A stretch of 64,000 bases of DNA from Octopus sinensis (GCF_006345805.1 NC_043010.1:38936001-39000000); one strand, 5' to 3'. Positions 39,270-52,750 are shown, counted from the first letter of the stretch. Numbers and translations are program-made. The notes: generated by a model from the sequence alone, not told the origin.

Positions 39270-39949
39270 ACAAGGTCTGAAATACTAATCTGAAACGCAA
39301 TATAAGGTGCCGAGCTGGCAGAATAGATAGCGCGACGGTCAAAATTCTCAGCGATAATTATTCTAGTTCGTTACTTTATGAGTTCGAATACCATCAAAAT
39401 CAGCATTGCCTTCATTGTTTTGGGGTCGATAAAATGAGTATAGTCAAGTCAAGTCATGTCGGTTGATGCGATCGACTTGTTCCCTCCCAACAAATTGATG
39501 GTCTTGTAACAAAATTAGAGCAAATTTGTAATACTAGCATAAGAACTTAAATTCAGAGGATAATGTGGTTTAGTTGACTAATTTTATCTTCACTGATGTG
39601 TTTTTTTTTTTATATTTAACCGACTTCAGAAGGATTTGTAGAAAATTGGACTCTGATGGGATTTGAATATATGCGTTAAAACTTAATTTCTTTGATGATC
39701 ATATTCCGCAGACAGAAACCGAGAAACAGGTAAGCTCCGAAACTTCTTTGTTAATGCCTACCAGAAAATCACAAACGACCGTATTTCACTCACAGACTTT
39801 GGCAAACCGATCAAAAAGAAAAAAAAGGGAAAATGACCGTCATGTCTGAATTATTAACGGTGATACTATTGAAGGAAGAATGTTGAGGGACAGGTAGAAA
39901 TGATACTACTATGAGCTAAATTTTTCAGATCTTTACCTTTAAAAATTTC

Positions 39950-40480
39950 TTGGATGTTACCTTTCTACATCACATTAGATTGTGCTTTAGGTCTTCCTGC
40001 GCTGTACAGCTCTTTAGGCGGCAAGCTTGCTCCACTGCGTTTCGTCGGCTGCTATTCTTGGACATCCATTTACGTCTTCATATTTCCATTGCCAATGATT
40101 TTGGCCTGACCCTTTTTACCCCTGCCAAGTGGTAACCGAGTCATTACTGTTTTCCATTGCGTTGATTCCATACCTATATTCTAATAATTTAATATTGAGA
40201 CACGTGGCTACAAGTTTTGCGCAGATTAATAATTTTCATCAACTTGAATGGCGCGCAATATTGTCAATCCCGTCAGAACGGTAGAGAAGTACGACCTGCG
40301 AGGTATTTGAACACAAAACACAATAAGCCTAATGCACTCCCGCAAGTTACATTTTTGGCGCTCTAATGGACTGCCTGCTCTCCAAATCAGTTTCAGACAT
40401 AAACAGAAAGCAGCAATATGAGGGAAGGAGTTAGACGATTCCACTGATCCTGGTATTTCAATCTTGGCGGGAAATCAACT
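39950..40480 (-). mobile_element. Possible decayed RTE-type LINE 3' fragment
   Basis: Minus-strand fragments ..RVRPK.. and IAADETQWSKLA resemble the RTE C-terminal GRPK..AADRSQWRKLV. Confidence 0.35.
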
Positions 40481-40715
40481 TAGAACGCAAACAATCGGAA
40501 GAAATGTCAGAAAGTCATTTTTCCAGCACTCTAAATTCCCAGCTCATACTTCAAAAAACATTTTTTTGTCACCACTTATATATCACTTTCTACATGAATA
40601 ATGGAATTGTAGATACAATATCCTTATGTATCTCACTTCTATATTCATTCTCTTACTTCACTTTGTATTTCGTATCTTCTTTACAATAATTAATACTCAA
40701 ACATTTTCTCGCACC

Positions 40716-40765
40716 GTATCTGATGAAGGGATATATAAAATATCCCTGGAAACAACTGTAAGACC
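40716..40765 (+). ncRNA. Near-intact hammerhead motif (extra G before GAAA, helix I partly mismatched)
   Basis: CTGATGA-AGGGATAT ataaa ATATCCCT-g-GAAAC aact GTA-AGACC; helix II has 8 perfect bp. Confidence 0.55.
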
Positions 40766-40826
40766 TTTTCTTGATAAATGCAATGAAATCAGATTACTGC
40801 CTTGGTGTTTTTATCTCATTCTGTCA

Positions 40827-40906
<80 letters not shown>

Positions 40907-41809
40907 AGCACAATGCAAGAGGACTGAGGGGAGAGGTTACACAATTCCATCGAACACAGTACTTGGTTAGTACTTAATTCTATCGTTGTCTTCTGCAGGC
41001 ATGAAATGCAAAGTTGACCTCGGTGTTTTCATTATGGCAAATGATATTTTTTTTACACTCTATCTAACGAATCTGTCTCCTCACAGCTGTCATATCTGTA
41101 CAATGAACGCCTAGCATCTATAAAGGTATTGACCTGAGCTTATAAAGGTCTGAAAGCAATAATTCTACTACTCACATAAAAATTTCTCCTTACGTGTCTG
41201 TATAAGAAACCATCAATCGCTCTCAGAGTGTGTTTTAAAGTGCATTTGACATTGAATATCAACAAGAGTTTTATTGCTTACATGAAGACAGAAAGGCACC
41301 GAAGCTTATTGCTCTCGACCAAACTTAGCGACACCGACAACAATTGCCAGATGAGAAAGAAGACAAATCGAATGAGAAATTTAAAATCTTTGCTCAAAAT
41401 GCGTTAGTAGATCACCTAGGCACATATTAGATGAGATATACATAATTAAAGACGAAAGGAAAAATGTACGTACAAATATATTCATAGTCGTTCATTTGCA
41501 TTTAAATATGTGTGTGCGTTGCGTTTATGTGTATGTGTGTGTATCGATATATATATGCATGTATGTATATGCATATATATATATAAAATGTATTCTTATT
41601 CATATGTATATGTGTGCGTGTTGCAAAAGATTGTTGCCCCCGGATACTTATAGAATCTTATCCTGATCGGCTTGCTTTTATTTGCATTTTCAGTAATAGA
41701 AATTATAAAAAAAATATCATTATTTCAATGTGCGTGAATTAAATACCTATCAGCAAATTGGATAATCAATGTATGAACTACTTACACATAAATAAACTAT
41801 GTATATGTA

Positions 41810-41906
<97 letters not shown>

Positions 41907-41934
41907 ATATATCCATATATATATGTAAACACAC

Positions 41935-42028
<94 letters not shown>

Positions 42029-42434
42029 AGGTAGATACATAGAAATATAATTTGATAGATAGACAGATAGATAAATAAATAGATAGATAGATAAAGAGAT
42101 AGATAGATAAAGAGATTGATAGATAAAGAGATTGATAGATAGTCATATAAATATTTATGTTTCTATCGAAAAAGCTATATATTTATCTTTTATGCGGAAT
42201 CACCACCACTGCTGTCACTATTTTTGTATGATTGCAAGAATGTCCATACGATTTTCTCTAAAGTTATCGACGTATCAGGGTGGTTTCCAATAGAACTGAT
42301 TATCTACTCGGTTAGTGTGTGTAAAGTTTTGCTAAGTACCCTTGAATGGGAAACACTCCACTTAAAGAATTTCCATTGTAAATCGTTAACGTGGTATTCA
42401 CACGAAGCATGAATGATTCCATGTGTTTACTAAA

Positions 42435-42481
<47 letters not shown>

Positions 42482-42494
42482 CAAACGTGTGTGT

Positions 42495-43010
42495 GAATTG
42501 GTGCTTTCAGTTGTGGCCGCCCTAACAGTGTAAAATTAATAACGGAATTTGAGGCAGTTAAGCGGTGTTACCTCAAGAATATTGTATCAGGAGAACTGCT
42601 GAGCAGTTGGGAGAGATTGAATGAGCTATGACTCTACTCATTGGAGCGAAGATGGAATGGTTATGCATTGATATACATAAGGAAGATCCTGGAGGGTTTG
42701 GCAAGAAACTTTGCCATCAAAGGCTACAACGACCCCCTAATTGGATCTTACCGTTCTATTCCAAAGGTCCCAGTCGTTCCGTCTAGATTTAGAACCATAT
42801 ACTGCCTTAGCTTAGGCTCCAAGATCCCACGGCTATTTAATACTTTGCCAAAACCTCTGAAGGATCTATGTAGAATGGTGGTAGACGTTTCTGTGAAACG
42901 ACTTGAGCTCGTGCTGTCCACGGTCCCAACTGAACCTTTCTTACGTCAAGAAACTCAAAACAGGGCAGCACTATCGAAGTCCCTCCTACACTTAAAGCCA
43001 ATCACAAGAG
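42495..43010 (+). mobile_element. CR1-type LINE C-terminal remnant
   Basis: ..SWERLNEL*LYSLERRW..IPRLFNTLPKPLKDL..VPTEP..RAALSKSLLH aligns with 21002-21693. Confidence 0.8.
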
Positions 43011-43282
43011 GTTGACCATTGTGAAGGTGATAACAAATACGCTGCCCCAACGCTGATAAAAACACATAGAAAAGAATTAAAAAAAAATATATATATTGAT
43101 AGACACCCACACGCACGCATACACAGGCACAAGCAATCACACAGTATGACATGTATATGCGTCTGTGTGTCTCTGTGTTAGTGTTTGTGTGTGTATGCGT
43201 GCGTGTCGGTATCTATGAATGTTTTTGTATGTGCAACTGTGTGTTTGTGTGAGTGTGCGTGTAAGTGTGTGTGTCTGCGTGC

Positions 43283-43672
43283 AAATATGTATCCTCTGTG
43301 TGAAAAGTCTGGCTGCATACACGTTAGCATATGTCAGGTGCATACAATTGACAACACAGTTAATTAAGATTTATTCAGTGAGTTCTATTCAACACATGTT
43401 TACACGTGGAATTTGCAGATTCATTATTAACTTTAAATGGCTCGCAGGCGAGGTGAACAAATTAGTGAGAGAGATAGACTGGCAATAATTGTACGCTACT
43501 AGCAAACTAAAGATGGGGTCGCAAATGAAACAGTGAGTGATCTTTGCAATATCTTTCAAGTAGATCGCAATATACCAGCGCGAACTTATAAAAATGCAAC
43601 TCTTCGTGGAACAATACAGTCAATATATATTTTATCGGATGCAGCCAGACTTTTCACACAAAGAGCACATAC
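43283..43672. mobile_element. Putative MITE with ~25-bp TIRs
   Basis: TGTGTGAAAAGTCTGGCTGCAT (~43297-43318) is inverted as ATGCAGCCAGACTTTTCACACA (~43639-43660). Confidence 0.5.
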
Positions 43673-44473
43673 TCAAATGTGAACTACTTTGGAAAACTTC
43701 GTTTTCAATATTGATGTCGTGTTTACGTACAAACACTTTTCCGAAAGTTTAATTTGAAATATCTTTAATATAAACTATATTTTGCAACCATTCTTACGAC
43801 TTTCTGAGACTGCAAACTGTCAGAATTGATAGAACGCTGGAAAGAATGCTTAGTGGTATTTCGTCCTTCTTTTTCGGCGAGGTCTCCTTTACTTTTTATC
43901 CTTTCAGAAGTTGAAACATTTAGTACCAGTTTGAGCTTTGTGGTCGATGTAATCGACTTATACTCTTCCCGAAACCGCTGGCTATGCACCAGAATTCAGA
44001 ATTTAGAAACATTATTACCACTTTCTCAGTGACAATAGCCATATGGTCAACACAAATTCAGAATAAAAGAACACATTATAGACAGGAAATGAAGTTATTT
44101 CAATAATATAACTGGCTTTATTTATATATTATAGGAAAGAAATAACTTATTTGTTGATAATATAATCGATATTTGAAGACAATATTGATAGGAGAATGAG
44201 GAAGAGTCTGCCAGTCGGAGAAAGAAAGAAACGATATAAATATTTGTAGAGAAACTCTTAAAATATGGAAATTATGCAGATGCAAGGGAGTTTGTATAAA
44301 AGTCGGGAATATATAACCGAAGTTAAGGAAGACAGCTTAAATGTGAATGCAAAGTAATCCAAACATTAAATCGCTAAAAATATGAAGTCATAAGGAATTG
44401 AAACAGAATGATCTACAAACCCTTGGAGTTGTCTAAGGTAGGTTGGACTGTATATATATATATGAATATATAT

Positions 44474-44517
<44 letters not shown>

Positions 44518-44524
44518 TATAGAT

Positions 44525-45190
44525 ATATGTAAACATAGTAAAAAGTTAATAAAATAAATTATTATTACCGGTGATCTAGCACAAAAGACATGTTAGCGAT
44601 TAGGCTATATGTTATTCATATATAAGTACATTAAGAAGCAAGTACTAGATCACAAAAAGTGGATAAATTCAATGAAATAGAATCAAAAACGTTTACAAAC
44701 TCAGCTCATCTTATACTGCAGTTTCGTCTTTTTTAAGCCTTTTAATGTACTTATATATGAATAACATATAGCCTAATCGCTAACATGTCTTTTGTGCTAG
44801 ATCACCGGTAATAATAATTTATTTTATTACCTTTTTACTATGTTTACATATTTCTCGATAAATTTTGATCGTAGACCCTATACCAGAAACCCCTCTGTTT
44901 GTCGGGTATGTTTTGCGTCTGCGCAATGGTCTTAAAAGTTAGAGAATGCAAGTCGCTAGAACCGCACATGTTTCTAACGAAATGTACTTCTAGGATAACA
45001 AAGGCTGCTTACTGAAGAGTCTAGCTTTGGCAGATAAATTATATTTACTGCTAAAAAAAAAAGACGAAACTGCAGTATAAGATGAGCCGAGTTTGTAAAT
45101 GTTTTTGATTTTATTTCATTAAATTTATCCACTTTTTGTGATCTAGTACTTGCTTCTTCTTTTAGAAGCCTTTTAATGTACTTATATATA
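44525..45190. repeat. Nested inverted and direct repeat unit (A B A' C B' A'-partial)
   Basis: A 44525-44634 vs A' 44742-44851 (110 bp, 1 mismatch); B 44633-44734 vs B' 45057-45158 (102 bp, 4 mismatches); AAGCCTTTTAATGTACTTATATAT at 44735 and 45166 (period 431). Confidence 0.9.
45003..45088 (+). ncRNA. Intact type-I hammerhead with extended helix II
   Basis: GGCT g CTTA-CTGAAGA-GTCT..TTTGGCAG a TAAAT tat ATTTA CTGCTAAA..AGAC-GAAAC TGCA GTA-TAAG atg AGCC; predicted cleavage after 45077. Confidence 0.85.
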
Positions 45191-45444
45191 TATATAGATA
45201 TCCCTTACCTGAACTCTGAGCAGTAGGTATTGCAGCACTGCGAATGCCTAATACATTCATAGTAAGAAGAATATCAAGAAAAGCAAATATTACAGAGGAT
45301 TTAATTTAATTACAATAGGATATTGTTATACAATAATCTTGCCATCGTTTCGTACATTTCTCTTCTCCGCTTTCTTACTCATGACATGTCCCAGAAACAC
45401 ACTCACACACACACACACATACTCACTCTCTCTGAACTATTGAG

Positions 45445-45621
45445 ATGTTAATAGTTTATTTTAGTTTTATTTCTACCCTTTCTGCATACATATATACATA
45501 TATACATACATACACACACATATATATTTATATATATATACACACGCATATATATATATATATATTATTTATATATATACACACACACACACACATATAT
45601 ATGTATATATGTATATGTATA

Positions 45622-45665
<44 letters not shown>

Positions 45666-46900
45666 CATTATATGCATGTGCATTATATGCATGTGCATTG
45701 TATATATGTATATTATATGTATGTGTGTTGTATATGTATGTGTACATTATGTGTATATGTATGTGTATATATGCATTGTATATATGTATATTGTATGTGT
45801 GTTATATATGCATGAATACATGTATATATATTGCATGTATATATATGTATGCATTATGTATGTGTATGTTATGTATATATATGTTATATGTATGCGTATG
45901 TGTATATGTATACATTTTATGTATGTATATTGTGTGTATATGTGGTATATTTATGTATGTGTATGTAAACACTATATATATGTATATATGTATATATGTA
46001 TATGCATTGTCTATATATATATATTATATGTATGTATTGTGTATGTATGTTATATGTATATATTGTGTATGTGTATTATATATATGCTGTGTATGTGTAC
46101 TGTATGTATATATGTGTTAGGTGTATTTGTGTTGTATTTATATTATGTATGTATGTCTGCGTGTGTTGTGTGTGTGTGTGTGTTGTGTGTGTGTGTGTTG
46201 TGCGTGTGTGTTATATGTGTGCATATTATATATAAATACATGTTATATTTGTGTGTTGTGTGTGTGTATTATATGTGTGTGCGTTGTGTGTGTGTGTGTT
46301 CTGTGTGTGTGTGTGTGCTGTGTGTGTGTGTGTGTGTTGTGTGTGTGTATATTATGTGTGTCTGTGTGTTGTGTGTGTGTGGGGGTGAGATATGTTTGTG
46401 TGTGTGTGATGTGTGTGTGTGTGTGTGTATGTATATGTAGTGTGTGTGTATGGCCCGCACACACGCGTAGGCGCCCACGCGCACGCACGCGCGCGCACAC
46501 TGACGGGCACGCATATATACACACACCATCCTACCCCAAAAAATTCTTTAAACAACACACATCTATTTTCACCACCCTGAAACCATTCAAAAAAAGCCCC
46601 CACACACACGCAGACGCTTGTATACGTGTGTGTGCACGCACACTCACCTCCATACAGTCTCACCTCCATAAGGCACATATATACACAGGCAGCACCATGT
46701 CAAATGCCATCCACACTCATGCATGCGTACACACACACGCACACGCACACACACACATGCACACACACGCACACACAACACCATGACAACCACACACACT
46801 TGACAAACAGACGCCATCTGACCAAATACTACAGACACATCTATTCACACCACATGTATGTGTATGCACGCACACATACACGCAGGGACACACATAATCA
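45445..46900. repeat. Degenerate (TA/TG)-rich then (CA)-rich low-complexity tract
   Basis: Read directly; strand bias flips at ~46455. Confidence 0.85.
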
Positions 46901-47057
46901 CCTCATCCTAACCCCAAAATCATTGATGCTTGAAGGAAAGCCAAAAAAAGAAAAAAACGGGTACATCTTTTTCAATTCTACATTTCTGCTAAAACGGACA
47001 GGTCAGTAAACAACCTCGCCTTGAATTCATAATATTCTGTACTGACCCTCAGATGTA

Positions 47058-47380
47058 TAATATATTTGTTTTAATCTTTTCTGCCCATTTTTTCAAATAT
47101 TCTCATCATACTGTTGTACTTTATTATGTCCTTAACATGTCCCTGTTACCAAAGACTGTATATATACATGAAATGTGGCAATTTGCAACAACCAATAATT
47201 AACGCAACCAAACTTCCAATAATATATTTGTTTTATTCTTTTCTGCCCATTTTAAAAAATATTCTCATCATACTGTTGTACTTTTTGATGTCCTTAACAT
47301 GTCCCTGTTACCAAAGACTGTATATATACATGTAATATGGCAATTTGCAACAACCAATAATTAACGCAACCAAACTTCCA
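47058..47380 (+). repeat. Tandem duplication, period 162 bp
   Basis: 47058-47218 and 47220-47380 are near-identical. Confidence 0.9.
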
Positions 47381-47384
47381 TGTG

Positions 47385-47429
47385 TTACTTTTGACAATCT
47401 TTTTCCAAAGAGTGAAACCGGTTAAGTAA
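47385..47429 (+). ncRNA. Hammerhead motif, U3-A8 variant, helix II base damaged
   Basis: TTACTT-TTGACAA-TCTTT ttcc AAAGA gt-GAAAC CG GT T-AAGTAA: helix I 6 bp, ACCGGT, GUU triplet. Confidence 0.45.
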
Positions 47430-47467
47430 ATAAACATCTTTTAAATTGCATTTTCAAACCTTCTTTC

Positions 47468-47531
<64 letters not shown>

Positions 47532-47612
47532 CACGCACATATATATATGTATATATGTATATGTATGTATGTATGTATCTATCTATCTATCTATATATAT
47601 ATATAATATATA

Positions 47613-47648
<36 letters not shown>

Positions 47649-47735
47649 ATTAAAAACAACGAAGAAAAAGACAAAACGTGATGACGTAGCACATGTAAAG
47701 TATTAATAAGACGCTCAGAGAAGAAAAAGAGTGGT

Positions 47736-47772
47736 TGTTTTAAGTTTCGAGCATAACTCTTCTTCGGAAACA
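47736..47772 (-). ncRNA. Minimal hammerhead-like motif, C4 variant
   Basis: Minus strand TGTTT-CCGAAGA-a GAG ttatg CTC-GAAAC tT A-AAACA. Confidence 0.45.
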
Positions 47773-48865
47773 GGAAACCTAGAAAAAACCAAAATAAAAG
47801 GAAGGAGGAAAATAATGGCCAAGATTCCACGCTATATCTATAAATGCATGCACACACATACGTGCACTTACACACACACACAGAAATCTCTCCCTCTCTC
47901 TCTCCTTTTTCTCTTTCTCTCACACAAATACGCATGTATAATTGAAAAACCAGAAGAGTGTAGAGATTTATTCGAATCCAAATCTTTTTTACTAAAAAGT
48001 TTTCTTCAGATTATATGACTGATATAACAGTGACAAACATATGTTTATACTACAGCAACTGCATATTGTCTTGTATGCACACTCAGGCCTATGTTTGTAT
48101 ACATTTATGGACATTTCAGCTCATAAATTGTAATAGAAATGCATACACAGAGCCAGTATAATTCCCGTCAAGCAGTTAGAGATATAAAATTAAACCGTTT
48201 ACAGTACCATATATAACATTTTAATATCTATGATTTGGGCAACATTAGTGCTATAATCATATCATAGAAAAATTGTTCAAGTTACAAATAATAGATATGG
48301 TGAAATATATTATAATTTCTGCCTTTATAACAGTTCAAGGAAAGTAGTAGGATGTGTATGTGTGTGCACGCGCGTCTGTGTTTGACTTATGAAAGACAAG
48401 AAGAACAAGAAAGGCAGACAGAAAGAGAGAGACGATTCAGAAGAAGAACAGAAAAACTCAACACAGTTTACAAAATAATATCATTAAATTGTGACGAGGA
48501 AGAACATAACGTCCGAAATGAACGGCTCTTCTTTAGCAACGCTTGTCAGAGAAATAAGAGGAGACAAATATCTGTTCTTTTTTATTTATGCCAGATACAA
48601 CCTTTATGAATGTAAGATGTTCAGCTTCGGTAGACTTTTTGAATGGAACCCTATTAAGATATGTTCATATCACGAAAGGTTACAGTAAAAAAAAATAATT
48701 ATGAAACAGGAGCGGAACTACACAAAGTAGACTACTGTACTGAATTTCAAGCATTGTCTTGCTATTGGTCTATTTCTCATTGTCTGTGATATGAGTTATG
48801 GGAACTATTTTGAAAAGCTGAAGGAAATATATTAGTCTTTCTATATAGTACAGAATAATCTGATA

Positions 48866-48904
<39 letters not shown>

Positions 48905-49248
48905 TATATATATATATATATATGGTGGTGGTGGTGTGTGTGTGTGTGTATTTATGTATTTACATTCACATACACACACATACATATGTATATAGGGAGG
49001 ATTCACAAAAACAAACAAAAGACGAAGACAGGTGGTGATGCATAAATTATAATGGTTATTGACAATGTTTATTTTCGGCATGTTTGGCATTAGAATTTTT
49101 CTTTTGCCCTTATTTTTAAGTTATTTACCTTTAAAGGTATAGTTTTAATATGCTGGCCATTGATAAAATTTTTTTTCAAAAAAAATTTTTTATCCTACAT
49201 TAGAATATATAGTTATATATAAGTATGTATATATATAACATATGTATG

Positions 49249-49322
<74 letters not shown>

Positions 49323-49360
49323 GTGTGTGTGTATGAACGCACTAAAATGTATGCTTAACA

Positions 49361-49680
49361 GGAGCACTCCGTCGGTTACGACGACTAGGTTCACAGCTGA
49401 TACAATCAACGGAACAGTCTGCTCGCGAAATCAACGTGCAAGTGACTGAGCAATCCACAGGGACGTGTACCCATAACGTAATTCTCAGGGAGATTCAGCT
49501 TGACACAGTGTGACAAGGATTGATCCCCTTGAAATACAGGTACAATTCATTTTTGCCAGGTGAGTGGACTGGAGCAACGTGAAATATAGTGTGACGCGCA
49601 AGGGCACAACGCGTCGCCGGGAATTGAGCTCACGATCTTACAATCGTGAGCCGAATGCCCTAATCTCTAAGCCACGCGCC
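49361..49680 (-). mobile_element. SINE head D + tail 1
   Basis: Tail GCACTCCGTCGGTTACGACG.. as at 3484; head GGCGCGTGGCTTAGAG..GTGAGCTCAATTCCCGG as at 12010-12151. Confidence 0.75.
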
Positions 49681-50178
49681 GTCACATGTCTTCACCACAA
49701 AACTTAATATGTCTTCACAAAACAGCTGCATTTTGATAAATTCTGGTACATCGCACTCTAATACTGCAGAAAATATTTCATCCTTACATTTCTGTTATGA
49801 ATAAATTATGCATAAAGACTGTTTCGCTGATAAGAAAAAGAATCAGTGTTAAGCGAAACTTGGTATAAATGAAGGATTTATCTTGCAACACGTTTGCACA
49901 TCCTCAAGTAAGACTTCGTGTAATTTGAGATTGACTGCGTCGGATTATTTTCAGCAACACAATGCAAAATGGAAAAACAAATAATGTCTTTTATAAGGAA
50001 CATTTTTGCTTCCTTTGTATTGAGTTTCTTTAGCGATATAAGTAATCTTCTTAGAATCGGAAATGGGATTATCATAACTTAATGACAGTAAAAGAGATAT
50101 GGAGTTCTGAATAATCTTTATACATGTGCATGCAAATATACAGAAACGCAAAAGCGCGTTTTATTATATATATGCATG

Positions 50179-50230
<52 letters not shown>

Positions 50231-50234
<4 letters not shown>

Positions 50235-50682
50235 ACAGGTGTGGATATGTGGTAAGAAGCTTGCCTCCCAACCGCATGGTTCCGGGTTCAGTCCTACTGC
50301 ATGGCAGCCTGGGCAAGTGTTTTCTACAATAGCCTCGCGCCGACCAAAGCCTTGTGAGTGTAAACGGAAACTAAGAGAGGCCCGTTATATATATATATAT
50401 ATATATATATACTATATATGTGTGTGTTTTTGTGTTTATGTGTGTGTGTTTGTGTGTATGTGTGTATGTGTGTGTGTGTATGTATACATATATTTGTGTG
50501 TGTATCTGAGTTTGTGCCTCCACCATCGCTTGACAACCGATACTGGTGTGTTTACGTCCCTCTAACTTAGTGGTTCGGCAAAACAGACCGATAGAATAAT
50601 GTTGGGAACGAGTTCTTCGACTAACGGTGGTGTTCCAAACATGGCCGCAGTCAAATGTCTAAAATATGTAAAAGAATAAAAG

Positions 50683-50683
<1 letters not shown>
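50231..50683 (+). mobile_element. SINE family B, diverged
   Basis: Colinear with 24282-24686. Confidence 0.8.
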
Positions 50684-50740
<57 letters not shown>

Positions 50741-51238
50741 GTGTGTGTGTGTGTGTGTGTGTGTGTGTATTCCAAGTAACAAATTAACACATGACTTCTG
50801 ACGTATGAGACTAACGGTTACAGTAACTTTGACGAGAAAGCGTATCGGAATTCAAATAGTTTATAAAATAACTTCATACGCACCAAATCTATGCAGTTGT
50901 TGAAAATATAACTTTGAAGCCCTGGGGATTTTGAATATTAAATTAGGAAATTTATTGCTCCAAATTCACTGCAAAATAATTCAGTAAATAAATATGAAAT
51001 ATCTGAAACAAAGAAAAATAAAACTCGAACAGAGCCGTGCATTTAACAAAACCAAATGTATAGACGAAAAATTGTTCCCCCAAATACATACGTAGGAAGT
51101 ATACATGCATACATACACACATACATATATATATATAAAGTTAATCCAAACAACAAAGCACAAAACAAACACAACAACGCGAGGAGGTGGAACAAATATA
51201 GTATTATTGGACGCTCAGGAAAGAAGGAAAGAAGGAGG

Positions 51239-51273
51239 GTTTAACGTTTTGAGCGGAGCTCTTCGTCGGAAAC
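51239..51273 (-). ncRNA. Minimal hammerhead-like motif (C4, G12 to A)
   Basis: Minus strand GTTT-CCGACGA-a GAGC tcc GCTC-aAAAC GT T-AAAC. Confidence 0.45.
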
Positions 51274-51369
51274 ATAGGAGAAGGAAAGATCCAGAGAAGA
51301 GAAGACAGAGGAAAAAAAATCGCCAACGGTGCACACGAGGTCACATTATATATAATATAATATAATATA

Positions 51370-51401
<32 letters not shown>

Positions 51402-51422
51402 TGCGTGTGTGTGGTGTATATA

Positions 51423-51505
<83 letters not shown>

Positions 51506-52544
51506 TGCGTCCGAGTGTTTGTGTGAGTGTACGATCGTATGTATGTATGTATGTATGTACGTACGTATATGTATGTATGTCTATGTTCATTTAGATATGT
51601 GTGTGTGTGTGTGAGTTTATCCGTATCACTTTTTCTCTTTTAGATTCGCAACTATTTCCTGATCCAGACCGTTTTAGCACTACTACACATTTCACTTCGT
51701 ATTTCTCTCCCACTTTTTACGATGGCAAGATAAGTCACTAAAATACCGTAAGTGGGTAAACATATTATTTTCCTCTCTAGTCGCAAGTCGAGAACTCAGA
51801 ATGTAACAGCAGACGAAATACCACTAAGCATTTTGGCCGGCGTGTTAACATTTCTGAGGCAGGTAAAAATATTTCAGAATTAGATTCGGATGCATCCTTT
51901 TTAATATAGGCTAAATCATATTGAAGATAACATCCAAGGAATCCAGAGAAAAAAGGTTCAGAAACAAATAGAAGGAGGCAACGGGTTCTATCGCATTCTC
52001 ATTTTTACATGAACATAAATAAATGTTCCTTCTCGAGCCATGTCAGGCTCATACGGGCCGGTTTCCCAGTTTCAGTGGCGTAGAAATTCCCCATCTGGAC
52101 GGGACGCCGGTCCGGCGCAGGATTACTCGTTTTTGATAGCTGAGTGGACTGGAGCAACATGAAATGAAAGTCGACCTTCGTGGAATTTGAACTCAGAACA
52201 TAAAGACGTATGAAATGCCGCTAGACATTTTGCCTGGTGTGCTAACAATTCCGCAGTTCGCTGTCTTGATACACGTGAACATATATATTTTATTAAAAAT
52301 ATCATAATACCCAATGCAAGATACCTGGATTATTAGAACGTCGGAGAAAATGTTTTGGAGAATTTCTTCAGGCGCTTTATATCCCGTGTTCAAATCCCTG
52401 CAAAGTCAACTTGGCGTTTCGCTCCCTTGCGATCGATAATATAAAAGATCAGTCTAGTACTGGTTTCAAAGATATCTACTAAATATCTTTCATCACAACT
52501 GCTGGATTGTTTTTATATTGTAAGCAAAAATTATAACAGGAGGT

Positions 52545-52750
52545 AGGCACCGTGCAGGCAGAATCGTTAGCATGGTATGCGAAATGCTTAGTGGCATTTC
52601 GTCCGTCTTTACGTTCTGAGTTCAGATTCTGCCCGGGTCGACTCTGCCTTTCATCCTTTCAAGGTCGATAAAATAACTACCAGTTGAGCGTAGGGGGACG
52701 GTGTAATCAACTTACCACCTACTCCTAAATTACTGCCCTTGTACCAAATT
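52545..52750 (+). mobile_element. SINE family C
   Basis: GGCAGAATCGTTAGCA..GTTCTGAGTTCAGATTC..CTTTCATCCTTTCAAGGTCGATAAA. Confidence 0.75.

Noticed and set aside
45445-46440. 331-aa Cys/Tyr/Val/Ile/Met-rich ORF as a metallothionein- or keratin-like gene
   Set aside because: It consists entirely of degenerate TA/TG repeats, and overlapping frames are equally open.
48352-50151. Short ORFs with plausible splice acceptors (48491-48688, 49878-50151)
   Set aside because: No recognisable protein family and no consistent exon chain.
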